Shown here one piece after another: positions 18,325 through 26,795 of a stretch of DNA of 40,450 nt. Within the stretch, counting starts at the first letter, position 1; every line of letters starts with the position of its first letter. The notes under the pieces were generated by a model. The model made no database searches, was not told the origin of the DNA, and was given only the letters and a program-made list of their open reading frames with translations. Origin of the DNA: a candidate division FCPU426 bacterium (lineage in GTDB: Bacteria; Oederibacteriota; JAJYGY01; DAIDJD01); assembly GCA_040389285.1 (NCBI GenBank), contig JAZKAF010000035.1, positions 1 to 40,450 of the forward strand, given 5' to 3'. Position numbers and translations under genes: made by a program.

Positions 18325-19278
18325 TTAGTCGACCTTGGAGCTTTCCTTGTCCGCGGTCTCGGCGGGCAAGGGGAGGAAACCGTCCTTGATGGTGATCTGC
18401 TGGCCGTCTTTGCTGAGCACGAACTTCACGAATTCCGCCACCATCGGGTCCAGCGGGCGGTTGGGAGCCTTGTTGATGTAAAGGAACAGGTAGCGCTTCA
18501 GCGGGTACTTGCCGCTATAGACGCCTTCGGCGCTGGCTTCGATATAGCTGCCACCCTCTTCTTTCGCCAGCTTCAAGGCCTTGACCGCCGAGGTCTGGTA
18601 GCCCATGCCGGAGTAGCCGATGCCGTTCGCATCGCGGCCCACACCCTGCACCACGCTGGCCGAACCAGGCTGCTCTTTGACCGTGGCCTTGTAGTCACCC
18701 TTGTAAAGGGCGTTGTCCTTGAAGAACCCGTAGGTCCCGGAGGCCGAATTACGTCCATAAAGGCTGATCTGGCCCTTGCTGCCGTCGACCTGGCTCCAGT
18801 CCTTGATGTTCGCGCCGCCGCCGCGCAGGGTCTTGGAGAAGATCCCATCCACCTGCTTCAGCGTCAGCTTGTCCACGGGGTTGTTCTTGTTCACGAAGAC
18901 CGACAGGGCGTCCAGGGACACCTTGATCTCGGTGGGCTTGTAGCCGTATTTCTTTTCGAACGCGTCGATCTCGGTGTTCTTCATCTCGCGGGACATGGGC
19001 CCGATCTGGGAGGTCCCGGCGATCAGGGCCGGAGGGGCGGTCGAGCTGCCCTTGGCCTCGATCTGGATGCGCACGTTCGGGTAATGCTTCCGGAAGCCTT
19101 CGGCCCAGAAGGTCATCAGGTTAGCCAGCGTGTCCGACCCGATGGAGCTGATGTTGCCCGAGATCCCCGACACTTCCTTGTACGCCGGCAGTCCGGCGTC
19201 GACTTTCACCGGCGCCGCCGTCGCGCTGGCAGATACTGCCGCCAGGGCGAAGACCGCGCTCTTCAACAAAGCTTTCAT
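18325..19278 (-). CDS. pstS: Phosphate ABC transporter substrate-binding protein
   Basis: Signal peptide; SIGSDTL, AKGSSTAPPAL, GPMSR, GRNSASGTYGFF; AAGGAG SD. Confidence 0.96.
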   Translation of the reverse strand: MKALLKSAVFALAAVSASATAAPVKVDAGLPAYKEVSGISGNISSIGSDTLANLMTFWAEGFRKHYPNVRIQIEAKGSSTAPPALIAGTSQIGPMSREMKNTEIDAFEKKYGYKPTEIKVSLDALSVFVNKNNPVDKLTLKQVDGIFSKTLRGGGANIKDWSQVDGSKGQISLYGRNSASGTYGFFKDNALYKGDYKATVKEQPGSASVVQGVGRDANGIGYSGMGYQTSAVKALKLAKEEGGSYIEASAEGVYSGKYPLKRYLFLYINKAPNRPLDPMVAEFVKFVLSKDGQQITIKDGFLPLPAETADKESSKVD

Positions 19279-19303
19279 GGTTGTCTCCTTGTCCGTTTGA
19301 TAA

Positions 19304-19347
19304 AGGGTACGATGCCTATGTTACGTTCAGGTTAATTCCAGGTGACA
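19304..19347 (-). promoter_or_regulatory. Pho box and -10 element of pstS
   Basis: Minus strand GTCAC-N6-TTAAC-N6-GTAAC (11-bp period; plus-strand starts 19342, 19331, 19320), then N10 and TACCCT. Confidence 0.8.
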
Positions 19348-19362
19348 AGCCCGTTTCGGGGC

Positions 19363-20694
19363 TTATTCGAAAGCGAACTGCTGCTGGATCAAGAACAAGG
19401 TCGAAGGCGCCCCATTGCTGGCCACGGTGATGCCCGGCAATCCGCCCTTCACATAGCCGCCAAACTGCCCGTCCGAAGCCTGGACATAGTAGTTGATCGC
19501 GGTGTGGTTCTTGCCGCCCATGTAGCTCCATTTGAGGCCGCCAGCCAACCCGACCAGGTTGTCCATGCCGCCACGGTCGAGGCCGGCCGTCTTGGTCTCC
19601 ATGTACTTTTCCGCGCGGAAGATCAGCTGCAGCGCGTCGCCTTTTTCCGGGGTGGTCAAGAAAGGCAGCACGTCGACCAGCACGTCGGCATAGAAGCCTT
19701 CGCGGTTCTTGGTCACGCCCTTCGGGAACACGATGACGGCGTTCTGGCGCACCCATTCCGACTGGACGATCAGCATTTTATTGAAGCCTTCCAGCACGAA
19801 TTCCGCGCCGTAGGTCTCGTCCACCTTGACCGTGCCAGTGACAGAGGCCATCCACACGCTGTTGATGGAATCGCGGGAGTAGGACATACCAGCCTGGATC
19901 TTGGACTTCTCGCCGAGCAGGAAATCAAGCGCGTTGCTGTTGAACGACGCGCGGCCCTGCCAGGAGGGGTCCTGGTCCTTGGACTGGAGGGGGAAGCCAG
20001 CCGCGACCGAAGTGGCTCCGGAAACCTGGTCCTCGGTGACGTCGTTCGAGACAGCACCCTGCAGTTCCCAGGCGAGCATCCCGCTTTCGATCAGCTTTTT
20101 CTTGTGGGTCAAGAAAAGCCCCATCACGCGCTCGCCCACGATCTTCGTGGTGAAGGCCTGCGGATGGGTCAGCGTGACGCCACCGAAGATCATCGGGCGT
20201 TCCGCCAGGTTGATCTTGGAGGACGAGGTCTGGGGCACGATGCCGAAAGGCTGACGGTACTGGCCCACGCGCAACTGGTAGGTCCATTCCGGCAGGAAGT
20301 CCATGGTGGGGATCAAATTGATATCGGCGATCTCGACGCCCGCGTCCTTCAGCTTCGAAGCCGCGAAGTCAAAGCCCAACGAGTAGGTCACGCTGGGAGC
20401 CAGCTTGCCGTTCATCTTGATCTCGGCGCGCTTGATATACATCCCCGCTTCGCCGGTGCCGGTGTAGGGGGTGCGTTTGTCGTCGTAACGGATATCCGTG
20501 AAGCCTTCGACCTTGAAACGGTCCAGGTATTCGGTCTTCGTGGTCAGGCCTTCGACGGCTTCCTTCAACGCCTCGATCTCGATCTTCTGTTCCCGGGCGC
20601 TGTCGATCATCTCTTCTTCCGCCACCAGGGGCCTTCCCGCGGCCATCAGGGCGGCCAAGCCCAGGGCGATCATTGCCGGTCTGCTTTTCTTCAC
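19363..20694 (-). CDS. Outer-membrane porin, probably phosphate-selective (OprO/OprP-like)
   Basis: Signal peptide plus short coiled segment; IKRAEIKMNG, LKDA, LRVGQYRQPFG and ERP motifs; amphipathic terminal strand; located directly upstream of pstS; AGGAGG SD. Confidence 0.8.
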   Translation of the reverse strand: MKKSRPAMIALGLAALMAAGRPLVAEEEMIDSAREQKIEIEALKEAVEGLTTKTEYLDRFKVEGFTDIRYDDKRTPYTGTGEAGMYIKRAEIKMNGKLAPSVTYSLGFDFAASKLKDAGVEIADINLIPTMDFLPEWTYQLRVGQYRQPFGIVPQTSSSKINLAERPMIFGGVTLTHPQAFTTKIVGERVMGLFLTHKKKLIESGMLAWELQGAVSNDVTEDQVSGATSVAAGFPLQSKDQDPSWQGRASFNSNALDFLLGEKSKIQAGMSYSRDSINSVWMASVTGTVKVDETYGAEFVLEGFNKMLIVQSEWVRQNAVIVFPKGVTKNREGFYADVLVDVLPFLTTPEKGDALQLIFRAEKYMETKTAGLDRGGMDNLVGLAGGLKWSYMGGKNHTAINYYVQASDGQFGGYVKGGLPGITVASNGAPSTLFLIQQQFAFE

Positions 20695-20743
20695 TGCTTC
20701 CTCCTAAGGTTGTATAAAAATCTTTGAGCGCCTTGTTTCGACG

Positions 20744-20797
20744 AGCTTAGCCCGGCCATGTAACGGCTTTGTGACGTCAAAAGACCGCCTTCGTTAA
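20744..20797 (-). promoter_or_regulatory. Pho box and -10 element of the porin gene
   Basis: Minus strand TTAAC-N17-GTCAC-N6-GTTAC (plus-strand starts 20793, 20771, 20760; multiples of 11), then N10 and TAAGCT. Confidence 0.75.
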
Positions 20798-20937
20798 CTT
20801 AAAGCTTGGATCCCTTTTACGTAAGCGGCCGGGGCAAACCCGATCTCGGGTCACCCCAGCCTGCTCACGGGATCGGGGCGAGCCGATGAAACCCGCCCTT
20901 CAGGAGGATCAGGGCCTCTTGCAGCCCAAACCCGTAG

Positions 20938-21738
20938 CTATTTTGCAGGAGCCAGATTTCCTTTTGGGGACGGGAGGGTTAACTCAGGGAAAACAAGTGA
21001 TCCCTGTTTTTTATCAATAAAATTAAGGCTTTTCACCACTTCAAAGGCGTCGCCCCGCAGGTATCTGCAAAGAAAAACTCCGTCAGGATTCACGCCGATA
21101 AAATGGGGGAGGTCGCTTTCCCAAGTCCCGCTGTTGCCATAGAGGAGCCCCTCGGCGGTCTCGAGGCTGGCACGATGGGTGTGCCCGCAAAAAACGGCGT
21201 CCATGCCATGGCTGCGACCGAAGGACGAAGCGCTGTAGAGCAGCGCCTCGTGGTTGCGTAATAACATCTTGGACCGGGTCTTCAAAAAACGGGCAAGGGC
21301 GCGCATGCCTCGGGACGAAAAGCGCCGGAGGAAATTATAGCCGGCCGTGAGTGCCTCGGAGGCACGGCGGTATTTGTAGATGTAGACGTCCCAGCGGTCC
21401 CCGTGGGTGGCGTAACAGCGGCGGTTCCCGACATTCCATTCGAAATGGCCCTTCACCTTGACGCCCAAAAGGTGGCCCATGAACTCGGGATCCACCACGT
21501 CGTGGTTGCCGCGGATCCAGACCACCTTGCAATGGTCCGAGATCTTGCGGATCTGCCCGAAGGCCTCCCAGTGCCAATGGCTCAGGCGGTAGAATTTCAG
21601 GTCTTCGAAGATGTCGCCGTTCAGGATGAGGTTCTTGACCCGGATATTTCCCAGGAAGTCGTGCAGCTCACGCGCCTGGCAGAGCGGACTGCCGAAATGG
21701 ACGTCCGAGATCAGGATGCTGTGGAATTTGATAGGCAT
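20938..21738 (-). CDS. Metallophosphoesterase of the LpxH/PlcP-like group
   Basis: Start re-called at ATG 21738 (MPIKFHSILISDVHFG); motifs DxH, GDIFE, GNHD, HGD and CGHTH. Confidence 0.85.
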   Translation of the reverse strand: MPIKFHSILISDVHFGSPLCQARELHDFLGNIRVKNLILNGDIFEDLKFYRLSHWHWEAFGQIRKISDHCKVVWIRGNHDVVDPEFMGHLLGVKVKGHFEWNVGNRRCYATHGDRWDVYIYKYRRASEALTAGYNFLRRFSSRGMRALARFLKTRSKMLLRNHEALLYSASSFGRSHGMDAVFCGHTHRASLETAEGLLYGNSGTWESDLPHFIGVNPDGVFLCRYLRGDAFEVVKSLNFIDKKQGSLVFPELTLPSPKGNLAPAK

Positions 21739-22886
21739 GATTCCATCGCCTCCAAGAGGGGCCAAGCCGCGTCCATCGGCATGTTCTGGCTCTGGCGTTC
21801 TCGCATCGCCGTGGCCAGGGACGGATCCATCATGAATCTCTCCACCACGGCCAAGATGTCTTTTCGGCGTTTGAGGCCAATGGCCACGCCCTGCTCCACG
21901 GCCCAGGCCACATTGGGCCTTTCCTGGGGCAGGGTATCGACATCGTCCAGCACCATGGGCACGTTCATGGCCAGGCCCTCCATCAAGGCGGCAGGGCCCG
22001 GCTTGCTGACCAGGAGGTCCGAGGCGCGCATCAGCGCGGGCAACTGGCCGCTGAAGCCCAGGGGTACCAGCTTGTTCTTCAGCTTGGGTCGCATTTTTTC
22101 CAGCCGAAGGCCCAGGGCCTCGTTCTTGCCGTAGCACGCCACGACCTGAAGGCGGCTGCGAGAACGCTCGAGGCGCATCACGAATTCCTCGATCAGCTTG
22201 GAGCCGTAGCCGCCCATCAGGATAGCGACCGTGTAGAGCTCCTCATCCAGCTCGAAACGAAGGCGCGCCATGGCGGGACCCAGCATGCGGTTCTCACGGC
22301 TGAAATATTTCCGGTGGATCAGGAGCCCCGACTTGACGATCCGCTTCCCGACGCCGGCTCCAGCCGCCTGCTCCGCGGCCCCCGGGCTGGGCGCGCTCAC
22401 AAATCTAGCCCCGGCGCATAGGCGCGGCGTGTACCACATGAAAGGTTTGACATCCATCAGGTCGGTGCAGACCAGTCCCAGCGGCACCCCGGCTTCCTGG
22501 TGGCAATCGGCTAGAACGTCGTTGACGAAAGGGATCAACGAGACGCAGAGGTGGGGTTTCTCGAGGGCCAGAAAATCAGCCAGGGCCTTGCGGGCCGCGC
22601 GCTGAGGGAGCGACGCGCTGAAACGAGCCGCCTTCCGCATCAATCCGGTCCAGATCTGCAAATTGTTCTTCAGGACAAAATTATAGGTGTCTTCCGCGTA
22701 GAACCCGAAAGCCTTCTTAAGGGGCTCGCTATGGTTCCATACTTCGCGGTAGATATTGACGATCCGGATGTCCCAGGGGAGCTTGAGAGCCTCCGCCGCA
22801 GCCTTCAGGCTGGCGGCGCTGGCACGGTGCCCTCCGCCGGCGTCGGTGATGAAGAGGATGATCTTTTTAGTCTTTTCGGTCTGCAT
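21711..22886 (-). CDS. GT28-type diacylglycerol glycosyltransferase (MGDG synthase/UgtP-like)
   Basis: DAGGGHRASA, VCTDL, ILMGGYG, CYGKNEAL, LMRASDLLVSKPG, QERPN. Confidence 0.85.
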   Translation of the reverse strand: MQTEKTKKIILFITDAGGGHRASAASLKAAAEALKLPWDIRIVNIYREVWNHSEPLKKAFGFYAEDTYNFVLKNNLQIWTGLMRKAARFSASLPQRAARKALADFLALEKPHLCVSLIPFVNDVLADCHQEAGVPLGLVCTDLMDVKPFMWYTPRLCAGARFVSAPSPGAAEQAAGAGVGKRIVKSGLLIHRKYFSRENRMLGPAMARLRFELDEELYTVAILMGGYGSKLIEEFVMRLERSRSRLQVVACYGKNEALGLRLEKMRPKLKNKLVPLGFSGQLPALMRASDLLVSKPGPAALMEGLAMNVPMVLDDVDTLPQERPNVAWAVEQGVAIGLKRRKDILAVVERFMMDPSLATAMRERQSQNMPMDAAWPLLEAMESCLSNSTAS

Positions 22887-22944
22887 TCCCGGACATCATC
22901 GTGCCCGGGCGTTAACGGCGGGGGTAGCCGCGGTAAATTCGAGG

Positions 22945-24282
22945 CTACGGCTTGGCTGAGGGCAGCTTGAACCAGAAACGGCAGCCGCCTTCGGCGAGGT
23001 TCTCCACGCCGACGCTGCCGCCATAATTTTCGATGAGGTGCTTGACGATGGCCAGGCCCAATCCGCTTCCGCCTTGTCCTTCCCTGCCTTCGCGGGCGCG
23101 GGCCTTGTCCACCCGGTAAAAACGCTCGAAGACCCTGGGCAAGTCTTCCACTGGGATGCCAGCGCCCCGGTCCGACACCGCGACCTCGACCTGCGCGTGA
23201 TCCGCAGCTTCCTGGGCCGAGACCGTGACCACCGGATGCGGACCGGCATACTTCAGCGCGTTCTCCATCAGGTTGATCAGCACCTGGCGCAGATGGGATC
23301 TTTGGATGCAAAGGTCTGGAAGGCCTTCAGGCAGCTGGTCCTGCACGCTGCCCTGGGAACGCCGCAGCGCCTCTTCCAGGCCGGCTTCCGCCTCGTTCAG
23401 GGCCATTCTCAGGCCGGATCGGGAGCCACGATCGACGCGGATCAAGCGGCGGTCCTCCTCCACCGCGGCCAGGGCCAGCAGGTCGCTGATCAGTTCCTGC
23501 AGGCGTTCCGAATGGCTGAGGGCTTTATCCAGAAAATTACGGTTCACCTTGGGGTCGTCCAGAGCCCCGTCTTTCAAGGTCTCGAGCGCGGCTTTGATGG
23601 CGGTCAGAGGCGTCCGCAATTCGTGCGACACATTGGCGGCGAACTCGCTGCGCATTTTCTCCAGCTTTTTCTGGTCGCTCCGGTCATGAAAAAGGGCCAA
23701 GACGTCGCGGTTCCGCAGGGAACTGGCCGACATCAGCAAAATGCGCTCGCCACCGGGATAAGGCACGGCGATCTCCCTGGCCACGGCCCCCGCGCCTTCC
23801 AGCGCGGAGCGCAGGCCTTGGACCAGTTCGGCCTCCCTAAAGAGCTCCCAATAAAAAGCCCCTTTTCGTTCGGGCAGCCGGGACCGAAAAAATCCCTCCA
23901 AGCTCGGATTGGCGTAGAGCAGGTGTCCGTCGCTGTCCAGGAGCAGCACCCCGTCCTCGATCCCAGCCAGCGCGGTCTCCAATTGGCCGCGGTCCAGGGC
24001 CTGACGTTCAAAGGCGAGCCCGAGGTCAAAGGCCATCGATTCCAGAGCCATCTGGGCCCCTGCCAGGCTGCCGCTTTCCTGGGGTGATACACGGGCCCCG
24101 AAATCCTGTTTGGACAGATCTTCCGCGAATTTCTTGAGGCCAGCCAAAAAACGTCCGGCTCGGTACCAAAAGAACCAGGCCAGTCCCAGGGCAGCCGCCA
24201 GCCCCAGCCATAAGTTGAGCCGGCCGGCCAAAACCACCAAAACGAGGCCGGCGATGCAGAGGGCGAGGAACCCTTTGGACAT
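22945..24282 (-). CDS. phoR: Phosphate regulon sensor histidine kinase
   Basis: Start re-called at ATG 24282; two N-terminal TM segments, HAMP, PAS-like domain, RSEFAANVSHELRTPLT, NLMENALKY, ERFYRVDKARAR, GSGLGLAIVKH. Confidence 0.9.
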   Translation of the reverse strand: MSKGFLALCIAGLVLVVLAGRLNLWLGLAAALGLAWFFWYRAGRFLAGLKKFAEDLSKQDFGARVSPQESGSLAGAQMALESMAFDLGLAFERQALDRGQLETALAGIEDGVLLLDSDGHLLYANPSLEGFFRSRLPERKGAFYWELFREAELVQGLRSALEGAGAVAREIAVPYPGGERILLMSASSLRNRDVLALFHDRSDQKKLEKMRSEFAANVSHELRTPLTAIKAALETLKDGALDDPKVNRNFLDKALSHSERLQELISDLLALAAVEEDRRLIRVDRGSRSGLRMALNEAEAGLEEALRRSQGSVQDQLPEGLPDLCIQRSHLRQVLINLMENALKYAGPHPVVTVSAQEAADHAQVEVAVSDRGAGIPVEDLPRVFERFYRVDKARAREGREGQGGSGLGLAIVKHLIENYGGSVGVENLAEGGCRFWFKLPSAKP

Positions 24283-24284
24283 CT

Positions 24285-24983
24285 TTATTTTTCCGAGAAC
24301 TTGTAGCCGACGCCCCGCAAGGTCTGCAGATGGGCCGCCGAAGGCCCCAGCTTTTCGCGCAGACGCCGCATATGCACGTCTACGGTGCGGGTCTCCACTT
24401 CGGAATCCATGTCCCAAATGTCGTCCAACAGCACTTCGCGGGTGACCACCCTTCCCGGCCGGGAGGCCAGGTAATAGAGCAGTTGGAATTCCTTGGCCGT
24501 GAGCACGGCCTCCTTTTTCACGGCCTTGCCATACCGGACTCCGAAGCTTTCCGGATCGATCTCCAGGTCGGAGAATTCAAGGCGCGCCTTCGCAGTCCCG
24601 TCCGGCACCGGGCGGCTGCGCCGCAAGAGGGCGCGGACCCGGGCCACCAGCTCCTTGGGCGAAAAAGGCTTGGTCAGATAGTCGTCGGCCCCCAGTTCAA
24701 GGCCCAGCACTTTGTCGGTCTCGTCCCCTCGCGCCGTCAGCATGATCACGGGCATAACGGCGGTCTTCTTGTCCTGGCGCAGGCGGCGCAGCAGTTCCCA
24801 ACCGTCCATGCCCGGCAACATCACGTCCAAGACGGCCAGGTCCGGGGACTCGGTGGTGGCTTTGCGCAGGGCCGTCTCGCCATCATAGGCTTTCAGCACG
24901 CCGAGGCCTGCCCGTTCCAGGTTGTAGACCAACAGGTCGACAATGTCTTTTTCATCGTCGACGACCAATATCTTAGGCTTCAT
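24285..24983 (-). CDS. phoB: OmpR-family response regulator PhoB/PhoP
   Basis: ATG 24983 with AAGGA SD; ILVVDDE, LDVMLPG, GADDYLTKPFSPKEL, RTVDVHMRRLREKL, TLRGVGY; next to phoR and the pst genes. Confidence 0.9.
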   Translation of the reverse strand: MKPKILVVDDEKDIVDLLVYNLERAGLGVLKAYDGETALRKATTESPDLAVLDVMLPGMDGWELLRRLRQDKKTAVMPVIMLTARGDETDKVLGLELGADDYLTKPFSPKELVARVRALLRRSRPVPDGTAKARLEFSDLEIDPESFGVRYGKAVKKEAVLTAKEFQLLYYLASRPGRVVTREVLLDDIWDMDSEVETRTVDVHMRRLREKLGPSAAHLQTLRGVGYKFSEK

Positions 24984-25046
24984 GGAATTCCTTGAAGATC
25001 CGCCATTTTCCGACACTCCATTTTTCGTCCCGTAAGTTTCCTCAGT

Positions 25047-25073
25047 GTAACGCCGATGTTAAATCGCCTTCAA
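25047..25073. promoter_or_regulatory. Pho box in the divergent phoB / DUF47-PiT intergenic region
   Basis: Minus strand TTGAA-N6-TTAAC-N6-GTTAC (plus-strand starts 25069, 25058, 25047; 11-bp period). No clear -10 at the N10 position. Confidence 0.65.
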
Positions 25074-25145
25074 CTTATCTTTGCTTTGAAAAATAGGCGT
25101 TTCCCCCTAAAATAGCCCATCACTCCCCCTAACCCGCGAGGCCCC

Positions 25146-25772
25146 ATGTTCGCCTTTTTGCTGCCCAAAGAGCTCGGCTTTTTCGACCAATTCGACGCTC
25201 ATGCCGCCGTGGGGGTCGAGGCTTCCAAGGCTTTTGTGGACATGGTCGAACATTTCAACGACGCCCCTGCCAAAGCCAGGCGCATCGCCGACCTGGAACA
25301 TGACGCGGACGACGTCACCCACCGCACCCTGGAAATGCTCCACCAGACTTTCATCACCCCCATCGACCGCGACCAGATCCACGCCCTGATCACCCACATG
25401 GATGACGTGGTCGACCTGATCCATGGCGCGGCACGGCGGCTGGTGCTTTACGAAGTGTCGGCGCCCACCCCGGCCCTGATCGAACTGGCCAAGACCTTGC
25501 TCCGTTCCGTCACGGAGATGCAGTCGGCTGTGCGCTTTCTGCGAGACCTCAAGAACGCTTCCACCACCCTGCGCTGCTGCGTCGAGATCAATAAATTGGA
25601 GAACGAAGGGGACGCATTGCGTGACGCGGCGATCGCGGCGCTGTTCAAGGACGAAAAAAACGCCGTGGAAGTCCTGAAATGGAAGGAGATCTACGAATCC
25701 GTCGAGACAGCCCTCGACTGCTGCGAGGATGTCGCCAATGTGATCGAAGGCGTCGTGTTGGAGAACGCCTAG
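25146..25772 (+). CDS. DUF47 family phosphate transport regulator (PhoU-like)
   Basis: LEHDADDV, FITPIDRDQI, LENEGD, LKWKEIYE, DCCEDVANVIEG; directly upstream of PiT. Confidence 0.93.
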   Translation: MFAFLLPKELGFFDQFDAHAAVGVEASKAFVDMVEHFNDAPAKARRIADLEHDADDVTHRTLEMLHQTFITPIDRDQIHALITHMDDVVDLIHGAARRLVLYEVSAPTPALIELAKTLLRSVTEMQSAVRFLRDLKNASTTLRCCVEINKLENEGDALRDAAIAALFKDEKNAVEVLKWKEIYESVETALDCCEDVANVIEGVVLENA

Positions 25773-26792
25773 ATGACGGGCGGACTCGGGCTGATCCTTT
25801 TCGCCATCTTTGTCGCGCTGGTCTTCGATTTCATCAACGGGTTCCATGACGCGGCCAACTCCATCGCCACCGTGGTCTCCACGCGCGTCCTGACCCCGGG
25901 AGCCGCGGTGGCTTGGGCCGCCTTCTTCAACTTTGTCGCGGCCTTCATCTTCGGCACCCACGTGGCTAAAGCCATTGGCAGCGGCATGGTGGACGCCGCC
26001 GCGGTGACCACGCAGGTGGTCCTCTCCGGGCTGGCTGGCGCCATCGCCTGGAACCTTTTCACCTGGTTCTTCGGACTTCCCTCCTCGTCGTCCCATGCCT
26101 TGATCGGCGGATTCTGCGGAGCCGCCCTGATGCATTCGGGCCCCAGCGCCCTGCTCTGGTCCACTGGAAAGCTGCAAAAAACCATCCTTTTCATCTTTTT
26201 GGCGCCGCTCATCGGCATGATCCTGGGATTGACCCTGATGATCGGGGTGCTATGGCTCTTCAGACGCTGGCATCCTTCGAAGATCGACAGGTTTTTCAGG
26301 CGCGGCCAGCTGTTCTCGGCGGCGCTCTATAGCCTGGGCCACGGCGGCAATGACGCGCAAAAAACCATGGGGATCATCGTGGCGCTGCTCAGCGCCGCGA
26401 AGATGGACGCCTGGGCTTTCGTCCCTGGCACCCATGAGATCTCCTGGTGGATCATCCTTCCCTGCCACGCCGCCATCGCGCTGGGCACCATGAGCGGGGG
26501 CTGGCGCATCGTCAAGACCATGGGACAGAAGATCACGAAACTGAAGCCGATCGGCGGGTTCTGCGCGGAAACCGCCGGTTCCATCACCCTGTTCGGAGCC
26601 ACGGCCATGGGCGTCCCGGTCTCCACCACCCATACCATCACCGGCGCCATCACCGGGGTTGGCTCCACTCAAAGATTGAATGCGGTGAAATGGGGAGTGG
26701 CGGAAAATATCGTCTGGGCCTGGATCTTGACCATCCCGGCCGCGGGTGGGATCGCCGCGCTTTGCCAACTGGCCTTCGACAAGCTGGGCTGA
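25773..26792 (+). CDS. Inorganic phosphate transporter, PiT family
   Basis: FINGFHDAANSIATVVSTR, GLPSSSSHAL, HGGNDAQKTMG, GGWRIVKTMG, PVSTTH. Confidence 0.96.
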   Translation: MTGGLGLILFAIFVALVFDFINGFHDAANSIATVVSTRVLTPGAAVAWAAFFNFVAAFIFGTHVAKAIGSGMVDAAAVTTQVVLSGLAGAIAWNLFTWFFGLPSSSSHALIGGFCGAALMHSGPSALLWSTGKLQKTILFIFLAPLIGMILGLTLMIGVLWLFRRWHPSKIDRFFRRGQLFSAALYSLGHGGNDAQKTMGIIVALLSAAKMDAWAFVPGTHEISWWIILPCHAAIALGTMSGGWRIVKTMGQKITKLKPIGGFCAETAGSITLFGATAMGVPVSTTHTITGAITGVGSTQRLNAVKWGVAENIVWAWILTIPAAGGIAALCQLAFDKLG

Positions 26793-26795
26793 GCT

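Noticed and set aside
20828-20890. GGCAAACC...GGGGCG hairpin resembling a c-di-GMP-I riboswitch
   Set aside because: A ~10-bp stem exists (CCCGATCTCG/CGGGATCGGG), but the GNRA loop, the GCAAAGC junction and the second stem are missing. It is also antisense to both flanking genes.
20938-22137. N-terminal extensions in track ORFs (phosphoesterase, phoR, HAD, rdgB, exbD, protein A)
   Set aside because: The extensions overlap upstream genes or terminators, or lack an SD. Downstream starts match family N-termini.
12905-26792. Phosphate cluster as an integrative element at tRNA-Pro
   Set aside because: No integrase or transposase is present, no duplicated tRNA 3' end was noticed, and no compositional break is obvious by eye.
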